Sequence record: NC_061443.1
Length of the DNA stretch: 64,000 nucleotides
Strand: one strand, 5' to 3'
The translations under genes and the position numbers were made by a program. The first letter of the stretch is position 1. Every line of letters begins with the position of its first letter. The notes under the pieces are model-generated. The model was not told the DNA's origin, did no database searches, and saw nothing but the letters and a program-made list of their open reading frames with translations. Positions 54,504 to 62,184 of this stretch are shown here, piece after piece.

Positions 54504-54961
54504 ATCGTAAACAATACCTAACATTGAAGGGAAACAAAATGCAATTCGAACAAAACATTCTGGTAGTTAATCGTGTAGCTCTTATCATGGGTGATGACTT
54601 AGTGGCTAAGTGGGGCGAGGCAGCAAATGCCAATCGCGATCAAGCTGCATACGCAACAATCGTCATTCTGTCTCGCTTGCAGCAAAAGATTATCACCGCT
54701 CTTGCTGCTGAGAATCCAGAAGCCTGTTGTCGTCCTGATATGCTTTGGACGGACTACGGTTCAATCTCAACGTCCGGCCTGTTCGTTATTGCCTCATCGG
54801 CAGATCGTGAGGTGCTGAATCACTTCGAGGACCACGACTACCTGAATCATCTGCACACGATCAAACGTGTCGCCGAAGAGAACGGGTTCACGTTAACAGT
54901 TACTCCAGTGAAGCACTTATTCCCATTCACTAACACTGAAATCCCAGCTAACATGAAATGA
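54500..54961 (+). CDS. hypothetical protein
   Basis: GTG 54500 or ATG 54539. Confidence 0.7.
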   Translation: MNRKQYLTLKGNKMQFEQNILVVNRVALIMGDDLVAKWGEAANANRDQAAYATIVILSRLQQKIITALAAENPEACCRPDMLWTDYGSISTSGLFVIASSADREVLNHFEDHDYLNHLHTIKRVAEENGFTLTVTPVKHLFPFTNTEIPANMK

Positions 54962-54969
54962 GGTGACAT

Positions 54970-55269
54970 ATGCCACGTGAACAAATCCTGATGAATGATG
55001 TTGCCATCGTCCTGACTATGAGTGAGCGCCGTGCGTTCCTTGGTCCGAAAGCAGACGGCTTTGTGTACCTCCCATCGAAGGAGGCCCTTACGAAGTTTGA
55101 GGCGCATATCAAGAAGTATGGCAGTTCTGATGACTATGCGTTTATCGAACACCGTGAACTGCACTCTCTGAACTCTGCGGGTATTGTAGCTATCGCTCAT
55201 GCTGTCGAGTCTGACTCTGAGCGCCCATGGCTGTGGACGAAAGAAGACTTCCGCGTCAAGCTGTGGTAA
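54970..55269 (+). CDS. hypothetical protein
   Basis: GAGGTG RBS. Confidence 0.75.
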   Translation: MPREQILMNDVAIVLTMSERRAFLGPKADGFVYLPSKEALTKFEAHIKKYGSSDDYAFIEHRELHSLNSAGIVAIAHAVESDSERPWLWTKEDFRVKLW

Positions 55270-55322
55270 GCATAAAACTGGCTAAAATCGCGGTATCAAT
55301 CTGAGTCTGTCTGTGATACAAT
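55268..55322 (+). promoter_or_regulatory. early promoter module 9
   Basis: AAGCATAAAACTGGCTAAAATCGC box, TG-A-TACAAT at 55317. Confidence 0.8.
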
Positions 55323-55374
55323 AGAAGCGTAGCTTGTGCTGCGCTTTCTTACACTACGTCTGAGGAGACAACTG

Positions 55375-55836
55375 ATGGAAACAATCAAACCCACATTTTC
55401 TGATTTAGAGCTGCAAGATCAAATGATGGATGTGGCTGCCCAGAAGATTATCGAACTGAAACCTGAATGGGTGGACGTTTGTGTTGCTGCGTTGCGCCTG
55501 TATCTGATCGTGTGCGACGATATCGGTGGCCCTATCCCTGAACTGCGTTTCGTTCATAACGCGAAGCCTTGCCGCCTACAGTTCAACTTGCTGGAATCGT
55601 CTGGCGGTACCGAGTTCGTTGCGAATGAGATCGATAAAGACAAGCAGATGGAAATTGTTGAAGCGCTGTTGTCTACAGCCGAGGCGAGTCCGACAGGTCA
55701 CTCTATGTTAGACTTCGCAATCTGTTCTGGCCGCCTGTTTATGATTGGCTATGACGGTCTTGCTGGTACGCTCGATAAGATCTGCTTCCGTGCTGACAAG
55801 AAAAACTACACCATGAATCTGGTCGAAGGGGAATAA
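55375..55836 (+). CDS. hypothetical protein
   Basis: GAGGAG RBS before ATG 55375. Confidence 0.75.
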   Translation: METIKPTFSDLELQDQMMDVAAQKIIELKPEWVDVCVAALRLYLIVCDDIGGPIPELRFVHNAKPCRLQFNLLESSGGTEFVANEIDKDKQMEIVEALLSTAEASPTGHSMLDFAICSGRLFMIGYDGLAGTLDKICFRADKKNYTMNLVEGE

Positions 55837-55837
55837 T

Positions 55838-56518
55838 ATGAAACCTGATTACACTCTGCTTAAACGCAGTAAGACGAACGAAGATGTTTTCGCTTTCGTG
55901 TTTGATGGCGACGTGTTGGCTAAATTCAATGCCTCCAACTTATACAGAGCGTTTGTGGAGACGCTCAAGACAAACTGCATCAATGAGGTCGATATCCTGT
56001 GGCGTGACGGCACACGCACTGTTGAGCAACTGGTGATTCATCATACCAAAGAGTTCGCCTCGTTCGACACTATCGTCCACGACTACCTCGTATGCTTGAT
56101 GCTTCGCGCACAGGGTGTTGGTCATTCGCTCGCTGTCCCTGTCGATATTCGCTCTATGTATGATGCCGACGGCCCGATGATCAATGAGATTCGCATTGAT
56201 AGTGAAATCGTCGCTGACATGATGCGCCATATCAAAGACGCGCCTGTGGACGTCATAGACGATGAAGACGATGAAGACGACGACATGGACGAAGACGACG
56301 AGTGCTGGGATGAAGACCAGACCGAGTTCCACGATATCGAAACAGAATCTATCGCCGACAACAAATTGCAGATTGGCGATTGGGGATATCGCGCACATGA
56401 CTGGGCGATCACTCTGACCGACGAACAGGTAGACCGCATCCACTTCCTCGAAGTTGGAATTGACCCTGACATTGAACTGCCTCTTGCAGATGATGCTAAG
56501 AAGGACGCATTCTTCTAA
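55838..56518 (+). CDS. acidic hypothetical protein
   Basis: AAGGGG RBS; D/E tract. Confidence 0.75.
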   Translation: MKPDYTLLKRSKTNEDVFAFVFDGDVLAKFNASNLYRAFVETLKTNCINEVDILWRDGTRTVEQLVIHHTKEFASFDTIVHDYLVCLMLRAQGVGHSLAVPVDIRSMYDADGPMINEIRIDSEIVADMMRHIKDAPVDVIDDEDDEDDDMDEDDECWDEDQTEFHDIETESIADNKLQIGDWGYRAHDWAITLTDEQVDRIHFLEVGIDPDIELPLADDAKKDAFF

Positions 56519-56709
56519 TGAAAACGATTAACGAACAGGTCAAAGAATTGAAACAGCGCGGCGTGCTTATTATCGAAGAACACCAGAAACACACGCTGCC
56601 TGATTTAACCTTCACGCTAGATTGCATGTGCCTGTCACACACGAAGCGAGAAGTAGAGACAACCACGCGCGGCCGCGTTGTTAAGATTCGACTGACTAAC
56701 GTTCACTAA
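56518..56709 (+). CDS. small hypothetical protein
   Basis: TAATG overlap. Confidence 0.6.
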   Translation: MKTINEQVKELKQRGVLIIEEHQKHTLPDLTFTLDCMCLSHTKREVETTTRGRVVKIRLTNVH

Positions 56710-56722
56710 CTTTTGTGGTCTT

Positions 56723-56797
56723 GGCCCGCCCGTCCAGCAATGCTCACCCCCAATGAGGTGTCTCGCGCAGAGGCATGACGGTCACCGGGTCCTTTTT
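56723..56797 (+). ncRNA. candidate structured RNA (multi-stem junction)
   Basis: nested pairings GGCCCG/CGGGTC, CCGTC/GACGG, ATGC/GCAT enclosing CACC/GGTG and CTC/GAG, then TTTTT. Confidence 0.35.
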
Positions 56798-56853
56798 AGA
56801 GCGCACTTCCTAGTACGCTGTATAAAGTAAAACACAATCAACAGGAGGCTGTT

Positions 56854-57252
56854 ATGAAGTTCAACGATGTGTCCACTAAAGCTCAGGTGGTTCTTATGGC
56901 GAGTGCATTCGGTGGTGCGGTGGAAGTTCTGTCCCGTTCAATGGACGATGAAGGTCGCAAGTTTCTGGAAGTTGCGTTGCAGCGTGTCGGTCTAACCGTT
57001 GGTGAGTTCCAAACTCTTATCAATGACCTCGACGATCCTACCAGTCGAGAGATCGTTGCTGTTATGGAAACAGCGCAGGCAGAAGATTCTGAGCGTGATG
57101 CAGAAGCGCAACGCCAACGTCTGGCTGATGAAGAGGACGATGAAGACGAAGAAGCTGCCGACGACTCTGATACAGACGCAGACGGTTGGCAGGACCTGCA
57201 TGAAGATCGCATATGTCTCATATGTAACCGTGAATACTGCGTCTGTCACTAA
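56854..57252 (+). CDS. acidic protein with C-terminal Cys/His motif
   Basis: AGGAGG RBS; CLICNREYCVCH. Confidence 0.8.
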   Translation: MKFNDVSTKAQVVLMASAFGGAVEVLSRSMDDEGRKFLEVALQRVGLTVGEFQTLINDLDDPTSREIVAVMETAQAEDSERDAEAQRQRLADEEDDEDEEAADDSDTDADGWQDLHEDRICLICNREYCVCH

Positions 57253-57253
57253 T

Positions 57254-57308
57254 CTGCATAAATCTGGACAAAACGACGGTTGTCTCAAATAGCTGCCTGA
57301 ACTATACT
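57254..57308 (+). promoter_or_regulatory. early promoter module 10
   Basis: CTGCATAAATCTGGACAAAACGAC box, TTGTCT-17-TATACT. Confidence 0.8.
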
Positions 57309-57315
57309 ATATAGA

Positions 57316-57505
57316 CAGCGAGACAACGTTCTCTCTGAATGCCTTTGTAATTGCTTTGACCATGTGTTTTCTTTTTCCCGGCACATGGTCCTTTTTAAAG
57401 ACGGCTTCCAGCGAGGCTGCTTTAAAAAGGGTTCGATACCCTTTGAGCGCGTCGGGCTTTACGCGGTTTTCGCCTTACGTGCTCTCATGCTAAACCGCAA
57501 AGGAA
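57316..57505 (+). ncRNA. structured 5' leader or ncRNA with possible pseudoknot
   Basis: perfect 9-bp and 11-bp inverted repeats, an alternative hairpin, and a loop GCGGTTT complementary to AAACCGC just before the RBS. Confidence 0.5.
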
Positions 57506-57511
57506 ATTGAA

Positions 57512-58225
57512 ATGCCTACTACTTCACGTCCTAAGACAGAAGACAAGTTCTCCCGTGCTCGCGCTGCTAAGAACTCACCTGAACGTCAGGCAGCGGCTGC
57601 TAAGAAAACTCCACGAGGTCCTTCCTCGGTTCGTCCTAAATCAACGGCAGATCGTGAGCCTAAGATTCGTGACGAGGAGCGTGTGTACAATCTCGTACAT
57701 GCAATTCTGAGCGCGTGGAAAGCTGATGTGGGACATGCCGAAAACACGGCAGCATCTGCTGGTATCATCAAAGTGTCTCGTCGTAAAATTGAAGGTGCAT
57801 TGCGTGACCTCAAGAATACACGCTTCACTAAAATCCCGACGCTCATTAATGATATCCTGACAGGCTCTGATATCTGCGACGAGTTCGGCATGTGGGTGTA
57901 CGTCGAGCACGATAGTCCTGATTGGATTTTCGTCCGTCTGCCTGATAACAGCACACCTGTGATTCGTGCCGATATCAGTTACGAAAAGACTGGCGAAAGG
58001 TCCGCGTCTGTCACAACGTCCAGTGAAGCACTCATGGAAACGTTCGACGACAATGAAGACGAAATCGAGATCGAAATCTTCGACTGCACTGAAAGCGATA
58101 TTGAAGACCTCGAAGCTGCTGAGATGCGCAAGCGTCTGATCGATGCGAAAATCATCAATCCAGAAGCTGCCCCGAAGCTGTCACGCAATGACTTAATGAA
58201 GCTCTGCGCGTACTACAGCGCATAA
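57512..58225 (+). CDS. hypothetical protein with basic N-tail and C-terminal HeH-like module
   Basis: AAGGA RBS; IEDLEAAEMRKRLIDA...LSRNDLMKLC. Confidence 0.8.
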   Translation: MPTTSRPKTEDKFSRARAAKNSPERQAAAAKKTPRGPSSVRPKSTADREPKIRDEERVYNLVHAILSAWKADVGHAENTAASAGIIKVSRRKIEGALRDLKNTRFTKIPTLINDILTGSDICDEFGMWVYVEHDSPDWIFVRLPDNSTPVIRADISYEKTGERSASVTTSSEALMETFDDNEDEIEIEIFDCTESDIEDLEAAEMRKRLIDAKIINPEAAPKLSRNDLMKLCAYYSA

Positions 58226-58271
58226 GCAATAACGAGCAGGCAGCACGTACACTGCCTGCTATCTGCGAAGT

Positions 58272-58327
58272 ATGCAGAAAACTGGACAAAATCGTGGTTG
58301 TTATCTGACGACCACCTATGCTATACT
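58272..58327 (+). promoter_or_regulatory. early promoter module 11
   Basis: ATGCAGAAAACTGGACAAAATCGT box, TTGTTA -35, TG-C-TATACT at 58322. Confidence 0.8.
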
Positions 58328-58387
58328 TAATGCAGGTGCACAACGCACCGCAAACAAAACTACCACTTATACTGAGGAGTATTAAAC

Positions 58388-60007
58388 ATGGCTCGTATCG
58401 AAACTAACACTAATCTGGTTGGCAAAACTATCGTCCTGCTGAACGGCACCAAAGCTAAAATCGAAGATGCAATCGCGTCTGGTTACAAAGTGAAAGGCCA
58501 GACCAAACGTATCGCCACTCGCTGCGTTATCAAAGAAGGCGCTCACTTCAAAGAAATCGAGCGCATGAACATGAGCCTGCTGGAAGATACTGGCGAAGGT
58601 TATGTGAAGCTGAAAGACGCGAAAGCGGCGAAAGCGTCAACCAAGAAACCAGCGGCGAAAGAGAAAGCGCCGAAAGCAGATAAGAAAGCTGCGAAGCCTG
58701 CGAAAGAGAAAGAACCTAAGGTTCGTCGTAAGTCTTCAAAAGAGAAAGGCGACGAGTATCAAGATCTGGCACACGCTATCATCAAAGGCGGCAAACGTGC
58801 GGCGCCTGTTGAAATCGCTGAAATCGACGCTGACCTGACCGACTGTGTTGCTCAACGTCTGGTAGACGTGTTGAACAATAGCGAAGTTGCGAAGCTGTGC
58901 GCCGATAACAAGACGCCGATCGCAAACGCAGTCGAAGTAACGTACGGCGCTGAGTTCGCTCCTGAGACGAACGTCATGCAGATCACGTTGAGCCTGCAAT
59001 ATGCGAAGCCTGTTCAAGCGCTGTCTCGTCCGACTCTGGAAAACGCAGAAGCTATCGCGTTACGTGCTCAAAAAATGGCGGCGCCTAAGCTGTCTATGAA
59101 ACTCAAGAAAGCGATTCGTGAAGCGTTCAGCCTTGAAGACGCTAACGACCTTGAGCTGGGCACTGTGTTGTTGTCTGACGGCGAAGAATTTGTGTACTTC
59201 GGCGAATCTGCGAAGCATGTCGGCAAAGCGCTGCTGTATGTCGTAGAGACCGACAAGTTCAAATCTGTGCTGGGTTCTACTCTGGGTGAGTATGAAATCC
59301 CAGACGAAGAAGACGGCGAAGAGGAAGAAGAAGAAGTCGAAGACGAGTCCGAGGAAGAGGAAGAAGAGGATGAAGTCGAAGACGGCGAAGAAGAAGACGG
59401 CGAAGAAGAAGACGACGCCGAATATGAATACGTCGCAGTTAACAAAGACCAGCTCGATATGGTCAACAAGAAAGTGACTGCCAAGTATCACGCTGCGCTG
59501 GCTGAACGATTCAATACGACCGAAGAAGTTCTGATTCCTGGCCTGATGCTGACTGATGGCGAAACTACTTTCGCTTATCTGGGCTGTGATAGTAAAGGCG
59601 GGCTGCTGGTAATCGACTGTGGTGATGAAGGCGAAGGTGAAGACGTGCTGATGTATAGCAAGTCTGATATCAAACAGCTGGACGACTTCAATCCTGTGAT
59701 GGGCGAAGCTGACGAAGACGGCGAAGAATCTGATGCCGAAGAAGACGACGGCGAAGACGGCGACGATGAAGAAGATCTGGATGATGAAGAAGACGGCGAC
59801 GATGAAGAAGATCTGGATGATGAAGAAGGCGACGACGAAGACGAAGACGACAACGACTTTGACTTCGACGATGTGCCAGAAGCTGATATCGAAGATCTGA
59901 CCGAAGACGAACTGCGTGACCGCGTAGTTGAAGCCGGCCTGACTACTCCGCGTAAAGCTGATAACATGGACGAAGCTAAACTGCGCAAGCTGCTGAAAAG
60001 CGCATAA
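58388..60007 (+). CDS. large acidic multidomain protein (histone-like K/A linker, acidic tracts, HeH-like C-terminus)
   Basis: GAGGAG RBS; strongly biased codons suggest high expression. Confidence 0.85.
   Translation: MARIETNTNLVGKTIVLLNGTKAKIEDAIASGYKVKGQTKRIATRCVIKEGAHFKEIERMNMSLLEDTGEGYVKLKDAKAAKASTKKPAAKEKAPKADKKAAKPAKEKEPKVRRKSSKEKGDEYQDLAHAIIKGGKRAAPVEIAEIDADLTDCVAQRLVDVLNNSEVAKLCADNKTPIANAVEVTYGAEFAPETNVMQITLSLQYAKPVQALSRPTLENAEAIALRAQKMAAPKLSMKLKKAIREAFSLEDANDLELGTVLLSDGEEFVYFGESAKHVGKALLYVVETDKFKSVLGSTLGEYEIPDEEDGEEEEEEVEDESEEEEEEDEVEDGEEEDGEEEDDAEYEYVAVNKDQLDMVNKKVTAKYHAALAERFNTTEEVLIPGLMLTDGETTFAYLGCDSKGGLLVIDCGDEGEGEDVLMYSKSDIKQLDDFNPVMGEADEDGEESDAEEDDGEDGDDEEDLDDEEDGDDEEDLDDEEGDDEDEDDNDFDFDDVPEADIEDLTEDELRDRVVEAGLTTPRKADNMDEAKLRKLLKSA
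59756..59827 (+). repeat. 36-bp perfect tandem duplication (DGDDEEDLDDEE x2)
   Basis: units 59756-59791 and 59792-59827. Confidence 0.9.
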
Positions 60008-60089
60008 CGATCTAACGTAACATCGAAACACTGTGCGGCTCTCACGGGGCCGCATACTTGACAAATAAAGCTGATTGAGGAATCACACT

Positions 60090-61346
60090 ATGTCAAACGC
60101 AAACAAAATTCTGCTTAACGCTCGTGTACGCCGTTTAGACGGAACCAGCACCTACATCAACAAAGTGAACGCTAACGGCTATAGCACCGATGCGAAAGGC
60201 CCGCAGATTCCTGTGAAGCGTATCGTGTTTGCAGGCAAGACGCTGAAAGAGATTGAAGCGCCGTTCGAGAAAGGCGAGTATGTCATTGTGCAGGGCGTTG
60301 CAGTGAAGCTGAACAAGCGCCAGCAACGTGAACTGGCGGATAACACTCTCGACGAAAAAGCGCTGCGTCCTGACTTCGGACGTCTGGCATTCATCGACCG
60401 CGATGACGGCAAAGCAACTGACGGCAAGAAAGTGAAGCCGAAAGCTGAGAAGAAAGAAGGCGGGTTGAAAGCAACTCGCAAGCAGAACGGTGACAAGCGC
60501 ACCAAGAAAGAGCGCAAGGCAGAGAAGGCGAATCTGAAAGACGACCTCGACTTCATCGCGTCTGACAAGATCGACCGTAAAGCTGAACTGGCTCACATCA
60601 TCGACGCTACCATCGAAGACTGCAACACTAAAGAGCGCCGCAAGCTGCTGTCTGACTCGTTTGACATGGACTGGAAAGACATTAAGAAGCACGGCGGTAA
60701 GGGTGTCGTCAAACACATGGGACGCAAAGCCGCTCAAGCTGCTGTGAACAAAATGAGCGCGACTGTTACTCAAGACGCATTCATCAAACAGATGCCTGCT
60801 GAGTTGAAGCGACTGATTGCTGACCGTCGCCTCGTACTGAACAAGCGCCAGATAGAAGCTGTGCTCTCTGCGCTTGGGCTTGACGTGAAGTTCTATAACA
60901 TCGCAATGCAGACGCTGCTGGGTAATCTGTCGCTCGCTGTGGATGACACGCTGGTCAAGCCTAAGGCTGAGAAGCCTGCAAAGCTGAAAAAGCACAAGCA
61001 AGCGAAGCCGCAGTATCTGACTGAGAAAGACCAGCAACGTCGCATGAAGAAAATGAAAGTGAAGCTGTTGGCGCCTACTGAGAAAGGCATGAAGAAAGCC
61101 AAAGCGCATTTGAAACAGGCGAAAGTAATTCTCGCAAATAAGCTGGGCATCACGTCGAAAGAAATCAAACGTGGTCTGATTGCGTATCGCCCGAACGGCG
61201 TGGACTATATGTTCGTTGCCAGCGATGCGCGCGGCCCGATCTTCATCGACAAGCACGGCGACCCATGCGTGTACACTTACGAGAATCTCGAAGCAACTTT
61301 CGACTTCACTTTGAACAAACCTTCTGAACTGGATGCTACTGTATGA
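60090..61346 (+). CDS. Lys-rich paralogue of 58388..60007
   Basis: GAGGA RBS before ATG 60090; shared N-terminal and C-terminal domains. Confidence 0.85.
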   Translation: MSNANKILLNARVRRLDGTSTYINKVNANGYSTDAKGPQIPVKRIVFAGKTLKEIEAPFEKGEYVIVQGVAVKLNKRQQRELADNTLDEKALRPDFGRLAFIDRDDGKATDGKKVKPKAEKKEGGLKATRKQNGDKRTKKERKAEKANLKDDLDFIASDKIDRKAELAHIIDATIEDCNTKERRKLLSDSFDMDWKDIKKHGGKGVVKHMGRKAAQAAVNKMSATVTQDAFIKQMPAELKRLIADRRLVLNKRQIEAVLSALGLDVKFYNIAMQTLLGNLSLAVDDTLVKPKAEKPAKLKKHKQAKPQYLTEKDQQRRMKKMKVKLLAPTEKGMKKAKAHLKQAKVILANKLGITSKEIKRGLIAYRPNGVDYMFVASDARGPIFIDKHGDPCVYTYENLEATFDFTLNKPSELDATV

Positions 61347-61726
61347 TTAATAGTGAGGTCATTCTGACTGGTGTTTTCGCTCAACTGTATTCGCGGCTAG
61401 TAATGGCCGCTATACAGCGCGTCCATGTATACTACTCTGATCTCGCACCTGTCATCTTCGGCGTACAGTTTACGCGCATGGGAAAAGCGCAGTATAAAGC
61501 ACTGGAAGCGCTCGTTGTGGAAACGATGCGCGTTGATATTAAAAACGGCCGTCCGCCTATAGCGGCCATCTATGTGTCACGAGCAAACGACACTAAGAAG
61601 CCGACCCAGTCCTTCTTTGATGAATACGAAAGACTGACTGGGAAGCGACTCACTGACGATGAATGGTTGGTGCTCGTTGAACAAGTGTGGAAACAATATG
61701 CACCAGACCTTCGGGAGCCATCATGA
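61343..61726 (+). CDS. hypothetical protein
   Basis: ATGA overlap. Confidence 0.7.
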   Translation: MINSEVILTGVFAQLYSRLVMAAIQRVHVYYSDLAPVIFGVQFTRMGKAQYKALEALVVETMRVDIKNGRPPIAAIYVSRANDTKKPTQSFFDEYERLTGKRLTDDEWLVLVEQVWKQYAPDLREPS

Positions 61727-62184
61727 AAAAGTCAAAAGTTGTAATTAGCCGTGGTGGGTATCGACCCGTATCGGCAGAAGAAGCAAAGAAGTTGGTTGTT
61801 GAAATGCTGCTTGCCTCCATCGGCGTTGACCCGACAATTCTGAGCCAGCAGATGTTGTTGAACATTGCGAACTACAATTACCTGACGTCTATTGTAGACA
61901 CGGGCAAAGCGAATACTGCGAACCAGACAGTTCTGCATAAAACTGTAAAAGAACTTAATGCGTTCTGTAGATTGCACAAGATTCCTCTGGGCTTACTAAT
62001 TATGCCCCATACATCGGCAAGTGATTACTCCGGTGACGAGGTTGTAGCGATTCCCTGGGAGTCTGTGCGCAAGAACGCATCGAGCCAGTCCGCTGTCAAC
62101 TCCCTGTTCCAAACAGTCGAAGCTGATGGCTATCCGCAGTTTGTGACTGATGCGAAAACAGTAGAGGACTACAATGTTTTATGA
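61723..62184 (+). CDS. hypothetical protein
   Basis: GGGAG RBS before ATG 61723. Confidence 0.7.
   Translation: MKKSKVVISRGGYRPVSAEEAKKLVVEMLLASIGVDPTILSQQMLLNIANYNYLTSIVDTGKANTANQTVLHKTVKELNAFCRLHKIPLGLLIMPHTSASDYSGDEVVAIPWESVRKNASSQSAVNSLFQTVEADGYPQFVTDAKTVEDYNVL

Noticed and set aside
57426-57452. tRNA gene suggested by GGGTTCGATACCC (T-arm-like)
   Set aside because: No acceptor-stem partner for the following TGAGCGC and no D-arm or anticodon arm upstream; kept only as part of the structured leader
59060-60064. Long minus-strand ORFs (also 14037..14552, 7286..7630, 60135..61256)
   Set aside because: Antisense shadows of low-complexity D/E/K codon runs, giving poly-Ser/Phe products with no RBS
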